Positions 1 to 9,902 of a stretch of 64,000 nt of DNA are shown here, piece by piece. Positions within the stretch are counted from its first letter, which is position 1. Each line of letters starts with the position of its first letter. Position numbers and translations under genes: made by a program. Under the pieces are notes generated by a model that was given only the letters and a program-made list of their open reading frames with translations, made no database searches and had not been told where the DNA came from. The stretch comes from a virus (lineage: Duplodnaviria; Caudoviricetes): the IMG/VR virus record IMGVR_UViG_3300033066_001283, positions 86,264 through 150,263 of that record; one strand, 5' to 3'.

Positions 1-3000
1 TACCTGCTGTTCTTAAGGCTACTTGGAATCTCTGTTTTTCAAAGCCACCAAATCCTCCTGATTCTTCAGCAAACTGTACAGCATCTCTGAATTCTTGTGA
101 TTTAGGTGCAACTCTAGCTAAGATTTCAATTCTAGAAAGAAGATCATAGGTTTCATATTTAGATACAGTTCCCTGTGCTACAAGCTTATTCATAACAGCT
201 CTTGCTCTATCTACCTTATCCAGTATGTTCTGCCATCTGTGGGGATCAAATGGATAATCCTCAATTCTAACCTGAGACATATCATCTCTATTAACAAAAG
301 CTAAGTGTGCCATCTTAAGCCCTGTTATAGCCATGTATGCAGTGATCTGATCTATATACTTATCAGGTGTATGACCCCAAGACTTAGCACCTTGAGTTTT
401 AATATCAAATATTTCATTTCCAGTAGGGCCCCTAACTATAGCATCAATAGTACCAGAGATATTATGCTCCTTATCAAAGATGGAAACTTCAGCTCCAACT
501 AGGATACCTTGATCTCGAAGCTGCCTCTGGATTTTCAAGTGAGCTTCAGAGTTTCCAGTATAGAAGACTTTGCCTTTTCTACGTGCGCACCAAGTACTGT
601 TCTTAACTGTTGGACACCAGACAATACCAGTATATTCTACTTCAGTTTTTCTATTCTCAGAAGGTTTATGAAAGGCATATTTTGACTGAGAATGAAATCC
701 TAGAATACACTCATTGCAAATTCTTTCTTTACCCTTATATCTATAGATCCACGGTGATCCCAATCTAAGATTAGTCCTTTTCCCCAGCAAAATACAAGCT
801 AGTTCTATAGCTTCTAACGCTTCTTCTTCTTTTTGTCCTATTTGATTGGCACATTTGCCATCTGCTTTGATTGAAGTTTCTATGAATATGTTAAGTTGCT
901 CTTCAGTTAGCTTCTTAATAAAGTCTGTTGAGGCTATTTTATTTGGAACCACCTTTAATAGCTCTTCAGAGGCTGGAACATTTAATGCGAAAGTGGCAAA
1001 ATCTGTCTTGGTAGAATATTCTCTCCACATTGGAGGATTACTACTATAATTTGAATGCATATTTGAGCTTTCAGGTCCAAATAAATTAGTCAATATTTGC
1101 CTTATTTCTAACACATATGGCATATTGACTTTTTTTGATTGATGGATAAATACAGCTCTCTTTCCATGTAAAGATCCTTCGGTCCAATACCATGCTACCA
1201 ATTTCACAAAATCATCAGAATAAGTCCGTACACTAGGAATTTCACCACATTTTGCTCCTAAAATAATAGCTTGATTTCTTTTTCCTATTTCTTCTGATGT
1301 GCTCCATTCCCTAGTTTCACGACTAAACACATTATTGTTATAATATGTACGTAAAATAGGCCATTTATGATTTTTTGTTGTAAGAGATGAATGCCACTTG
1401 CTCTCCAAGGAAACCAGTTTCTCATCTGCAACACTATAACTATTAATATGATCTACTGGATGCCATTCACTAAGTCCAGTATCATGATTCAAGGTTAGGA
1501 TTTTATCCCCCACCTTAAACTCTCCATATTTCTTCCATCCATTCTCAGTAAGTATTTCAGTTTCTATATCAACGCATCCAAAATTCACAATGTCTTCTGC
1601 ACTATCTCCTTCTAATGGTTGCATTGGGTTTAACCATTTCTGAATAATCTCTTTCTCAGTTAAGCCAATATTAGATCCACGAACCCTGAGAGGCTCATCA
1701 TATGGATGTTCACGTTCCCAAGCTTCGCCTGGAAGATTATGTTCACCAGCAGGTGTTCTAAGCATTGCGTTACCTGTATTATGTGTTGCAAGCCCAGGTA
1801 AACAGAATGAATTATCTCCATCGATAGAAATAGCTACTAATGGTTCTTGTTCAACTTCTTCCTTCTCAGTTAATTTACAATAGAAGTATCCATCTTCAAA
1901 ATACCAATGTCCAGACCATTTATTTTCATTTAGCTTTTTGCCTAGTTGAGAAGTTCCAGCCTTATCAAATTTTATAAGTTCTGAGAATTTGTATGCTTGT
2001 GTGCTATTAAAAGAAATTCCTTCTTTACTAAGACTTCCTACGATATTATTTGCTAACGCAAATTGCCAAATTTTGTACAATAATTCCATATTGTGGGGTT
2101 GCTTGGCAGCTACATGTGGAGTATTTTTGTAAATAGTATAACACCCATCTCCATTAAAGAATGTTCTTAATGCGATCTTCCAGTTATCAACTCCACATAC
2201 TAGTTTTTTCTTATATGGTCCTTGAACCAAAAAGTTCTTTAAGAAATCAGCAATAATTGCACTAGAGTACACAACTACTTTACCATGACCACAATATTCG
2301 TATTGATATATTTTACCTCTAAGTCCCCATAGATTGAACATAGCTTGGTCTAACTCTTCAATAAATGAGTTTTCATCCTCGTGAAAACCAAAAACTATGT
2401 TTCTTCCTCGCACAGAGCCCTCAGCAACAAAGTACCCAATAAATATTCCCCATTCTGGAGAATTAATATCAACAAATCTAGATACTTTTTGAAGTTGCGA
2501 GTTTTTAGATTGTCTAGCTTTTGCACCCAAACATTTATCCCACTCGATTCCTAAGGTTGAGCATACTTCTTTACATTGACCTTTTTCCCAATAGTCAATA
2601 TCATTAGCCATCATATATTCTACTAATTTATATAATGCTTCCCTAGTTTTATAGGGATAGATATAGTCTTTTGTAACTGAGAACCTTTCAACATATTTTG
2701 ATATGTCTACTATACTCTCCTTTTCCACTAATTCCTCAATTTTAGGAATAGGGTATCCTACAAAGTCCCCAATATTAATATTTTTGATTTCTTTCCAACC
2801 AGTAGGTGTCCAAAGAGGATGTTCCTCAGAGAGTTTGGCTGTAAAGTGTTGTTTACCTGTAGTTTTTATCTTGTAAAGTTTTTCACCAGAGTCCATTTTG
2901 CGAAGTACTAATGAAGTTAGTGGGGATAAATTGCCTTTATGCGTTCTTATGGTATCCCCAATCTTTAAATCTATAGCTTTTTTGAAGCTATTGCCATCTA

Positions 3001-6000
3001 CTTCTACAAGAGTATCATAGGTAATACACTTAAATCTATCTGGGAGCCAGCTAGGCATGTCATTAATTAAATTAGATGGTGCATCATATGGCTGCTGACG
3101 ATAGTTAACAAACCTTCTTAAGAATTCCCCTAATGGTCCTGTAGCTTCGCCATAATCCCCTGCGAACATTCTTCTAATAATGTTATGATCAGCATTAGGA
3201 TTTTGTCTAGCAGTAGAATCATATTCTGTTGGGAAGAATGGAACTCTCTGTAGAAGCGTACCATATAGTCCAAACTGTCTTCTAAATATATCTGAGGCAC
3301 CAGTAATAATATTCTGGAGAGACATGGATCCTTCACTATGTCCATGGAAATAGTTAAGTCGTAATGGAAGTCCCCCAGGATGTGCCCCTCCTGGCCCCGT
3401 AGAGCCCGCTCCACCGGGGTATCCACCCACTTCCCCAAATAATACGGGGGTACCTCCTCCAGACGTCTGTATGGGCAAACCATAGCCAAATGTGCCATAG
3501 CCTAATTCTCCATATTGACCTTGGCTATTTATTTCTAAGTAGTTTTCATCTCTAAGATTATTCAGTTCTTTTCTATGTTGAGCATGTTGTACATATGGAT
3601 TGTGAGGAGAATAACTGAATGAATTATCTACTTCTGTCCAATGTGATTTCCATCTACGATAGAAGTTAGGTCTAACATATTTAACTTTTCCACCATGGAT
3701 ACTTCCACGCGTTCCAATAACCCAGCCACGACCTGATCTAACTTCTTCATCGCCATAGAATAGATAATCTTCATATTCGTCATGTGATCTTGGATGGAAA
3801 TATTGATCTAATCCTGGTAATAATCCTACTAAATATTTATTTATTTTAGTAATTCCTAATGCATCCTTAACAGTTGCGCCAGCTAGGTTAGCATTAGCTA
3901 AAATATTAGCTCCAATATCATCAACACCAGGCATATCTGATTGATGAGCTAAATGATTAAGTCCTTGATACGCTGCATAAGCTCCAACCAATGGAGCAAC
4001 TCTCTTACCATAGAATCCTAATAGTGATCTAGCAGCAGTAATTCTATCTTGTTGTCCTAATCCTATACCAATGTTATTAGCAATCTCTTGGGGCATTTGC
4101 ATTAGTATGGTTGTAGCCATACTAAACTGCCCAAGAGGATGATTAGGATCAACTAATGATTGAATATAGTCTCCTAGGCCAAAACCTTTACCATATTGCT
4201 CTCTAAGTACCTTAAGTGGGTTCTCAAAGATTTCACCTAATGATGGTGTTTCATTAGGTATTGCAAAGTGCATAGGTTGATTAAGAACATTCTCAGACAT
4301 GTCTTGTGGGAACCAAGCACCTTTACCTCCAATCTTTTCAAGCAATTTAGCATGTTCAGCAATAGTTGTAACTAGTTTAGCTTTTCTATCTTCATACCCT
4401 TTTCCTAAGATGGCCATTGACTCTTCTACTGAATATCTTAATTCATCAGCAATCTTAGCTTTAACCAATGGGTCATTAGTAAGAGATAATAGTTCTTGTG
4501 GATCTACTAATGTTCCTAGAACTGCGTTAAGTTTGTTAAAGTCTACATACTTTCCATTATATACCTGACCTAGGAAGTTTTTAGTTTGTTCAGTACTTAG
4601 ACCTAACCTAGCAATTGCTTTCCCAATAACAGTATCAGAATCTAATGACCCTGCAATTCCATCTTGGATTTGCGCCATTATATGTCTTGAACTAGACTCA
4701 GCATTTTCAAGTGTTGTGTATGAAGCTTCTGCTACCCACTGAGATAGAAGACCTTCCTGAAGCTTTTGGAACATAGGAGAAATTCCAGTTTTGCCTTCAA
4801 CTTCCTGTCTTAACTCTCCAAAGAATCCATTCTTAATTTTGGATGCTTCAGTAATCTGCTCTGGCTCAGAGGCAAAGGATGTAACTGCTCTCCATAGTTT
4901 GGAGTTTAATTGGTGCAGAGGTGAATACCATCTATCTTGATCAGCTCTTCTAGTTGCTGCTTCTAGAAGAGAGAATGGCTCTCCTGGGAATCCAGCATTA
5001 TCTGGAATACCTGCTACAGCTTTAGCCAAGTCTTTAGCATTTCCAGCTCTTTCATATACACTATGAAGAAGTCCTCTATAATCCTTCCAAGGATAGTGAG
5101 AACTAGTAGCAATAACATTCTCAACCACATTTACATTATCTGCTAGGAAATCTCCAATACTCTCACTCGATCTAGATCTTTCAATCATTATTCGATCTAA
5201 TGCGAGTAGTCTATCACCAGGAGTTATATTAGTATTTGTTCTTAGAAGATGAGCTAATTGATCTGGATGAATTTTAGTTACATCTAATGCAGCACTCTTA
5301 CCGTGTGTTAAAGAGTATAAGGGTGAATACTCTTGAATCTTAGGCTTACCAATAAATCCTACTGATGGATCATAATCTAGATCCATCCAATTGGGAGATG
5401 TTGCATATGCCATTCTTTGAAGATCATTTAAACTACCTGATCCTGGTTTCCAGTTTTTTCTATACCCTTCTCCCCACTTATCTAAATAATTCTCAATCTC
5501 TAAGGATCTTAAGCCTGCCATTCTTTGTATGGCAGCACTATTTCTAGATTTATAGGTTGCAATTTTATGCCCTGTATCAATAATAGATTCTGCCTCAGGA
5601 TCCATAATAAGCAGGTGTTCACCTAAGGCTACACCATGACTTTGAACAGAGTTAATAGAATGTTTAAATGCTTTAGAAAGCTCAGCCTGACCTTGAAGGT
5701 TACCTAAGTGAATAACGGCTTTATGCTCTGTTTGAGCAAACTTAAATAATCTTACTGGAACATTAAACTTGTAAGGAATAAGTGGTAACTGTAAATGGCT
5801 AAATCCCTTCTCTAATAAATGTCTAGCTGTATTAGACACGTGTGCAGTGGATATAATTCTTCCATCAGCACCTAAAGAATATCCTGAATGTGTAGAGTGG
5901 AAAAGATTTACTAATTCATCAACTATAGGCTCATTCCACTTATGAACCTTATTCTTATTTTGAGTTCTAGTTTCAGCGAACAAATCCTGGATATTATGCA

Positions 6001-6835
6001 TAACTTCATTATACATACTTGTATACCCACCTTTATACCCCATTGTATTAAGATAGGTATCCATTTTACCCTGTAATTTCTTTGAACGCTTTATTTCTCC
6101 CCAGGTTAAAGATCTACCAGGAATATTCTTAGACTTAATTAGTGCTCTTTCTCTAGCTTCAACAGTTCTAGTCCAGGCATCTTTCAAAGATTGTGCAACC
6201 TTCGTATGATTCTGCTTTAAGAAGTGGTCTACTTCTTCTTGAGTTGCATTCTTATCTCTTCCTGCAGTTATAAGATTTCTGAATATTTCCTGTTGCTTTC
6301 TTTTAAAATCAGCCTGAAATACAATATCAAGTTTCGCAGCTTTCTTTTCTAATGCTGATAAATATTCTTGGGGGTTGATATGCTCTACCGCTTGCATATC
6401 AACAGCACCAATAATTGGAGAGAATGAAGGAATTAAGCCTTTTAACTTGGAGACAAATTTCTCATGATCTCCAGCCTCATATCCTTCAATTAAAGGAGCC
6501 AGTACATCTCTATAAGCTCTAGCTCTTTTCTGGTGTGTTAAAGTTGTATAAGCAGAAGAGCGTATTTCTTTAGTTGCAGTTCCAAAAAACTGACTAGCTT
6601 CAGATGCTGTCTTTTTAAATACTTCTGAGAATTCTGTACCTACAACTCCTAGGAGTGAATTGCCTTTCTCAGTAGCTAAGAACTTACCAAATTGAGCAGT
6701 TGCAGCTCCACCTATCATTGGTAAAGCTGCAAACCCTATACTTACAATCCCTGCAATTTCAGCTGCAGCCCAGGCTTTATGTGTAAAGGTATGTGGGTCA
6801 TCCTTAGATGAGTAATACCCTCGATCCCATATCAT
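1..6835 (-). CDS. Giant virion protein (>2278 aa, 3'-truncated by window) in tape-measure position; contains two inteins and a PD-(D/E)XK nuclease domain
   Basis: Not in ORF track (no stop in window). Manual translation from ATG at 6835 (MIWDRGYYSSKDDPHTFTHKAWAAAEIAG...) stays open to position 1. It directly follows tail-chaperone-like genes and overlaps the upstream stop (ATGA). Confidence 0.75.
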   Translation of the reverse strand, partial: MIWDRGYYSSKDDPHTFTHKAWAAAEIAGIVSIGFAALPMIGGAATAQFGKFLATEKGNSLLGVVGTEFSEVFKKTASEASQFFGTATKEIRSSAYTTLTHQKRARAYRDVLAPLIEGYEAGDHEKFVSKLKGLIPSFSPIIGAVDMQAVEHINPQEYLSALEKKAAKLDIVFQADFKRKQQEIFRNLITAGRDKNATQEEVDHFLKQNHTKVAQSLKDAWTRTVEARERALIKSKNIPGRSLTWGEIKRSKKLQGKMDTYLNTMGYKGGYTSMYNEVMHNIQDLFAETRTQNKNKVHKWNEPIVDELVNLFHSTHSGYSLGADGRIISTAHVSNTARHLLEKGFSHLQLPLIPYKFNVPVRLFKFAQTEHKAVIHLGNLQGQAELSKAFKHSINSVQSHGVALGEHLLIMDPEAESIIDTGHKIATYKSRNSAAIQRMAGLRSLEIENYLDKWGEGYRKNWKPGSGSLNDLQRMAYATSPNWMDLDYDPSVGFIGKPKIQEYSPLYSLTHGKSAALDVTKIHPDQLAHLLRTNTNITPGDRLLALDRIMIERSRSSESIGDFLADNVNVVENVIATSSHYPWKDYRGLLHSVYERAGNAKDLAKAVAGIPDNAGFPGEPFSLLEAATRRADQDRWYSPLHQLNSKLWRAVTSFASEPEQITEASKIKNGFFGELRQEVEGKTGISPMFQKLQEGLLSQWVAEASYTTLENAESSSRHIMAQIQDGIAGSLDSDTVIGKAIARLGLSTEQTKNFLGQVYNGKYVDFNKLNAVLGTLVDPQELLSLTNDPLVKAKIADELRYSVEESMAILGKGYEDRKAKLVTTIAEHAKLLEKIGGKGAWFPQDMSENVLNQPMHFAIPNETPSLGEIFENPLKVLREQYGKGFGLGDYIQSLVDPNHPLGQFSMATTILMQMPQEIANNIGIGLGQQDRITAARSLLGFYGKRVAPLVGAYAAYQGLNHLAHQSDMPGVDDIGANILANANLAGATVKDALGITKINKYLVGLLPGLDQYFHPRSHDEYEDYLFYGDEEVRSGRGWVIGTRGSIHGGKVKYVRPNFYRRWKSHWTEVDNSFSYSPHNPYVQHAQHRKELNNLRDENYLEINSQGQYGELGYGTFGYGLPIQTSGGGTPVLFGEVGGYPGGAGSTGPGGAHPGGLPLRLNYFHGHSEGSMSLQNIITGASDIFRRQFGLYGTLLQRVPFFPTEYDSTARQNPNADHNIIRRMFAGDYGEATGPLGEFLRRFVNYRQQPYDAPSNLINDMPSWLPDRFKCITYDTLVEVDGNSFKKAIDLKIGDTIRTHKGNLSPLTSLVLRKMDSGEKLYKIKTTGKQHFTAKLSEEHPLWTPTGWKEIKNINIGDFVGYPIPKIEELVEKESIVDISKYVERFSVTKDYIYPYKTREALYKLVEYMMANDIDYWEKGQCKEVCSTLGIEWDKCLGAKARQSKNSQLQKVSRFVDINSPEWGIFIGYFVAEGSVRGRNIVFGFHEDENSFIEELDQAMFNLWGLRGKIYQYEYCGHGKVVVYSSAIIADFLKNFLVQGPYKKKLVCGVDNWKIALRTFFNGDGCYTIYKNTPHVAAKQPHNMELLYKIWQFALANNIVGSLSKEGISFNSTQAYKFSELIKFDKAGTSQLGKKLNENKWSGHWYFEDGYFYCKLTEKEEVEQEPLVAISIDGDNSFCLPGLATHNTGNAMLRTPAGEHNLPGEAWEREHPYDEPLRVRGSNIGLTEKEIIQKWLNPMQPLEGDSAEDIVNFGCVDIETEILTENGWKKYGEFKVGDKILTLNHDTGLSEWHPVDHINSYSVADEKLVSLESKWHSSLTTKNHKWPILRTYYNNNVFSRETREWSTSEEIGKRNQAIILGAKCGEIPSVRTYSDDFVKLVAWYWTEGSLHGKRAVFIHQSKKVNMPYVLEIRQILTNLFGPESSNMHSNYSSNPPMWREYSTKTDFATFALNVPASEELLKVVPNKIASTDFIKKLTEEQLNIFIETSIKADGKCANQIGQKEEEALEAIELACILLGKRTNLRLGSPWIYRYKGKERICNECILGFHSQSKYAFHKPSENRKTEVEYTGIVWCPTVKNSTWCARRKGKVFYTGNSEAHLKIQRQLRDQGILVGAEVSIFDKEHNISGTIDAIVRGPTGNEIFDIKTQGAKSWGHTPDKYIDQITAYMAITGLKMAHLAFVNRDDMSQVRIEDYPFDPHRWQNILDKVDRARAVMNKLVAQGTVSKYETYDLLSRIEILARVAPKSQEFRDAVQFAEESGGFGGFEKQRFQVALRTAG
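551..1576 (-). mobile_element. Intein 2 (342 aa) with LAGLIDADG-like domain in giant ORF
   Basis: N-junction IVNFG|CVDIETEILTENGWK, block B TKNHKW, VAWYWTEGS and ETSIKADG motifs, C-junction VWCPTVKNSTWCARRKGKVFYTGN|S. Confidence 0.9.
1778..3028 (-). mobile_element. Intein 1 (417 aa) with LAGLIDADG homing endonuclease in giant ORF
   Basis: N-junction WLPDRFK|CITYDTLVEV, block B SEEHPLW, LAGLIDADG-like IGYFVAEGS and RTFFNGDG, C-junction GLATHN|T. Confidence 0.92.
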
Positions 6836-7398
6836 TTCTTTCTATAGTCAAATCTTTCCACATCATATCCCTTCACACCAGGTTTCAGTTGATCCCTTGG
6901 GAAAGGAATATTAGTAGTTGTACCCACACCTGTTTGTGGAGTATTCTCCTGTAACTTAAAAGCTTCGCTAATTGGTATTGCATATAGACTCTCAAATTGA
7001 AATTTACCTAGTGTAAGATACCTGCAATAATAAAATGGATCACAATTGTGCAGATGTTCTAAAGTCAATCCTGGAACTAAAGCCACTGCTACTGCTTCTA
7101 ATGATCCAGTTTCACTTTGAATCCACTCTATTGCATCATTATAGATAGAGCCTTCTGCATCAACTCCTGAGATTCGATAAATCTCTTTTAGAAGTTTCTG
7201 AACTACACCACAAAGTGCAGTTTCCCAATTCTCTTCACCTTGAACACAAGTCTCAAGAATATAGTTCTCAGCTTCATAAGTACTAGCTTTTAGTCCTGCT
7301 CTTCTTAACTCTGCAGCTGTTAAACCCCTAAAGACATAATCCTTAGGGGTTCGAAGCTTACTATCTAGAAGTACAATCTTATAGTACTTATATTCCAT
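6832..7398 (-). CDS. Putative tail assembly chaperone
   Basis: Lies between tube genes and the giant ORF; YVFRGLT..E...ILETCV...G.V..L...I...SG pattern shared with 7401..8078. Confidence 0.55.
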   Translation of the reverse strand: MEYKYYKIVLLDSKLRTPKDYVFRGLTAAELRRAGLKASTYEAENYILETCVQGEENWETALCGVVQKLLKEIYRISGVDAEGSIYNDAIEWIQSETGSLEAVAVALVPGLTLEHLHNCDPFYYCRYLTLGKFQFESLYAIPISEAFKLQENTPQTGVGTTTNIPFPRDQLKPGVKGYDVERFDYRKK

Positions 7399-7400
7399 AG

Positions 7401-8078
7401 TTACAACTCTTCTACTTCTGAAGTGTCATCCCATCCACTGATGTCCATTGCTCTCTTAGAGATTGTATCTACTAATCCTGCTGGAATGGAATCCCAATTT
7501 ACTGGATTTGGCCACATAATAACTGATCTGGCAATTGCCATTTGGGGATCATTAGACTGTTCAGCTAATTTAAGATCAGTTCTGGTCATAGGTCTAATGG
7601 CAAATACCCATCTACCTACTCTTAATCTGAATAAAGCAAATGCACTCTTAGAAAGGTTCTCTTTCTCTTCAGCAGGAATATCTCCCCAATAATCAAAGTC
7701 TTTGAGTGTAATTGTACTATCATCAGGACCTAAAACTCTACCTAAGACATCAATATTAATAAAGCCTGACTTTTCCTGAATAGATTTAGAGATTTGGGGT
7801 ATATCTCCTACTCTAAGCAGCATTTTCTCTTCTATAGTAAGCTTAGGCCATAGAACACAAGAGTCAAAGATCTTCTCATTAATCTGCTCAAGTGGCAAAG
7901 GCTTATCTTGCATTGTGGCCTCATCACTAAGCTCTTTAATAGAATTCATCAGTTCAATTGAGATAGGCCTAAATACAGCCTCATCTTTCTTGTTCTGTGA
8001 AACCCATTTAAAAAGCTGCAGCTCTGGGTATTCTTTCTTTAAATTTTCAATTACGTTTTCGGGTACTAGTCCTTTCAT
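7401..8078 (-). CDS. Putative tail assembly chaperone, two tandem copies of the domain
   Basis: Internal duplication: VFRPIS...CVLWP...GDIPQISKSIQEKSGF / AIRPMT...VIMWP...GLVDTISKRAMDISGW; gene position. Confidence 0.55.
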   Translation of the reverse strand: MKGLVPENVIENLKKEYPELQLFKWVSQNKKDEAVFRPISIELMNSIKELSDEATMQDKPLPLEQINEKIFDSCVLWPKLTIEEKMLLRVGDIPQISKSIQEKSGFINIDVLGRVLGPDDSTITLKDFDYWGDIPAEEKENLSKSAFALFRLRVGRWVFAIRPMTRTDLKLAEQSNDPQMAIARSVIMWPNPVNWDSIPAGLVDTISKRAMDISGWDDTSEVEEL

Positions 8079-8086
8079 TTATTCTC

Positions 8087-8923
8087 CTAGAATGGTGTAA
8101 ATGTCTTGGCAAAATTATTTAAGTTAACTGTATTAGGATTAGCAGTATTTCCTGTAATATCGCTAACCTTAAGTATCTGGATATTTCTAGCCATGAATGA
8201 GTAAGTCTCAGCAATAGCTCTTCCATCATCAGTAATAGATGTTCCACGGCTTTGGAAGTGAACTCCAATCAATTTAATTCCATTAGCAGTAGTAATACCA
8301 TCTTTAAATCCAGTAGGATCTTCATCAACATTATTATCTAAGTAATAGTTAGTCTCAGACTGCCAAACAATCTTTCTACCATTACTGAGTGGGGTACCAA
8401 AAACTACTTTAATTTCTAATTCTTGGCCAGGATTTTCAAACATTCCACGTGTATTGTAGACAGTAGCATCATCCACACTAGAATAGGTATTAAACTGATT
8501 AGCACTCTTCTTTGCCTTAAGTGCTTTAATTTCAGCTTGAGAAATAGCTCCACTAGAATCTGTAGAAATAGTAGATAGATCTAGGCTATATGGAGCAACA
8601 TCATTTTGAGATGCGTAAGTAGAAAAGGAGGTTTGTAGTCCCTTACCAATATTACTGAGAAGAGAGAATATGAATCCTTCCCTTTTGAAGTTCAAGCTTA
8701 ACTCTCCAGAGATTAATCTAGCTCCATGATAAATTCTATTAGGTACATAACTTGCATAATTATAGTATGGCCTAAGCTGTTCTAGAATCTGATAATTTAA
8801 TTGGAGTGCTTCATCTAAGAATATATCATTGATATAGATATGGGCATCTAGACCACTCCAATAGGCAGTATCAAATTCATCCACCAGTTTCCAGTTTTCT
8901 TGTAAAGCTTCAGTTCTAATCAT
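8087..8923 (-). CDS. Tail tube-like virion protein
   Basis: WSGLDAHIYIN...GARLISGELSLN...IAETYSFMAR pattern parallels 9903..10739. Confidence 0.55.
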   Translation of the reverse strand: MIRTEALQENWKLVDEFDTAYWSGLDAHIYINDIFLDEALQLNYQILEQLRPYYNYASYVPNRIYHGARLISGELSLNFKREGFIFSLLSNIGKGLQTSFSTYASQNDVAPYSLDLSTISTDSSGAISQAEIKALKAKKSANQFNTYSSVDDATVYNTRGMFENPGQELEIKVVFGTPLSNGRKIVWQSETNYYLDNNVDEDPTGFKDGITTANGIKLIGVHFQSRGTSITDDGRAIAETYSFMARNIQILKVSDITGNTANPNTVNLNNFAKTFTPF

Positions 8924-9894
8924 TATGGGGGTGCCGTAGTTAGGAATTCAGTTGTAGAGTTATTAGTGCTAGTAGCTGTGGTTGCAGTAGTTGTAGTTGC
9001 TGCCGTGGTAGTTGCAGTAGTAGTTACTGTTGTTGTAGCAGCGGTTGTTGTAGCCGCAGTGGTGGTTGCAGCCGTAGTAGCGGTAGTTGTGGCTGTGGTA
9101 GTTGCTGTAGTCGTAGCGGTAGTAGTCGCGGTAGTAGTTGTAACGAAAGTAGTAGCAACAGTGGTAGTATTAACTTGCCTAATTGTTTCTAATCTCTGAT
9201 CTACATCATTACCATTTACCGCATCAGTAAAGAAGTTACCAAAGGCATCCTTCATCCCACTAAGAAGATTATACTGCTTCTTATATGTTTCACGCATCAG
9301 TGTGGTAATTTGTGATGCCATGAATGAGTACATATCTGTTAGCTGAATATCATTCACTGAGATGTTCTTAGAAGTATCAACAATCTTTACTGATTTGATC
9401 AGTATACTTCCTATCTCACTCTTTAATCCACTAAAGAAAACTACGCTAACATCAAATGGTGGAAGATTATCTGGGGTAATATATTCAGGTGCACCTAATC
9501 CAGCCCAAGATGCATAAGCTCTTATTACTTCTGCGAATGGATTCTCATCTTGTACAACGAATCCCATAGATCCCGCTGGTAGATAGTGTCCTGTTGTATA
9601 TCCTTTAATTCCCTTTCTACCTAAGCCTACAACAGGATATGTTTCTCTATGTTCAGAGAGGCTTAAAATAGTTAGCCCTGGGAGCGAAACCATTGGAGGT
9701 TTTGTCCCAGAGCTAAAAGGCAACATTATTGTAACTGATACGTCGGCAAAAGTATATGGGTCAGGAAAATAAGTTTGTTCACCTGGTCGTCCGATCCATT
9801 CTATTTTATTTTTAGAAACATTGTCCGCACGAACAAAGTCTGAATTTAACCAGACCTGGTTACGTGCGGCAAAGTCCGCAGTACTAACCGACAT
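8923..9894 (-). CDS. Tail tube-like virion protein with Thr/Ala-rich C-terminal tail
   Basis: PDNLPPFDVSV resembles SDQIPPFDLTL of 9903..10739; YSFMA motif shared with 8087..8923; about 70-aa T/A low-complexity C-terminus. Confidence 0.55.
   Translation of the reverse strand: MSVSTADFAARNQVWLNSDFVRADNVSKNKIEWIGRPGEQTYFPDPYTFADVSVTIMLPFSSGTKPPMVSLPGLTILSLSEHRETYPVVGLGRKGIKGYTTGHYLPAGSMGFVVQDENPFAEVIRAYASWAGLGAPEYITPDNLPPFDVSVVFFSGLKSEIGSILIKSVKIVDTSKNISVNDIQLTDMYSFMASQITTLMRETYKKQYNLLSGMKDAFGNFFTDAVNGNDVDQRLETIRQVNTTTVATTFVTTTTATTTATTTATTTATTTATTAATTTAATTTAATTTVTTTATTTAATTTTATTATSTNNSTTEFLTTAPP
8966..9170 (-). repeat. Low-complexity coding repeat (TTTA/TTAA)n
   Basis: Translation ...TTTATTTATTTATTTATTTATTAATTTAATTTAATTT... 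Confidence 0.85.
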
Positions 9895-9902
9895 AATTCA
9901 GA

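Noticed and set aside
1-550. Cas4 as evidence of a CRISPR adaptation module
   Set aside because: It is a domain within a giant virion-operon protein, lacks the Fe-S cysteine cluster, and no cas1/cas2 is present
305-5547. Short ORF-track entries at 305, 846, 3130, 4299, 5365
   Set aside because: Antisense or out-of-frame shadows of the giant minus-strand ORF
8966-9199. Val/Ala-rich plus-strand ORF as a membrane protein
   Set aside because: It is the antisense reading of the Thr/Ala tract
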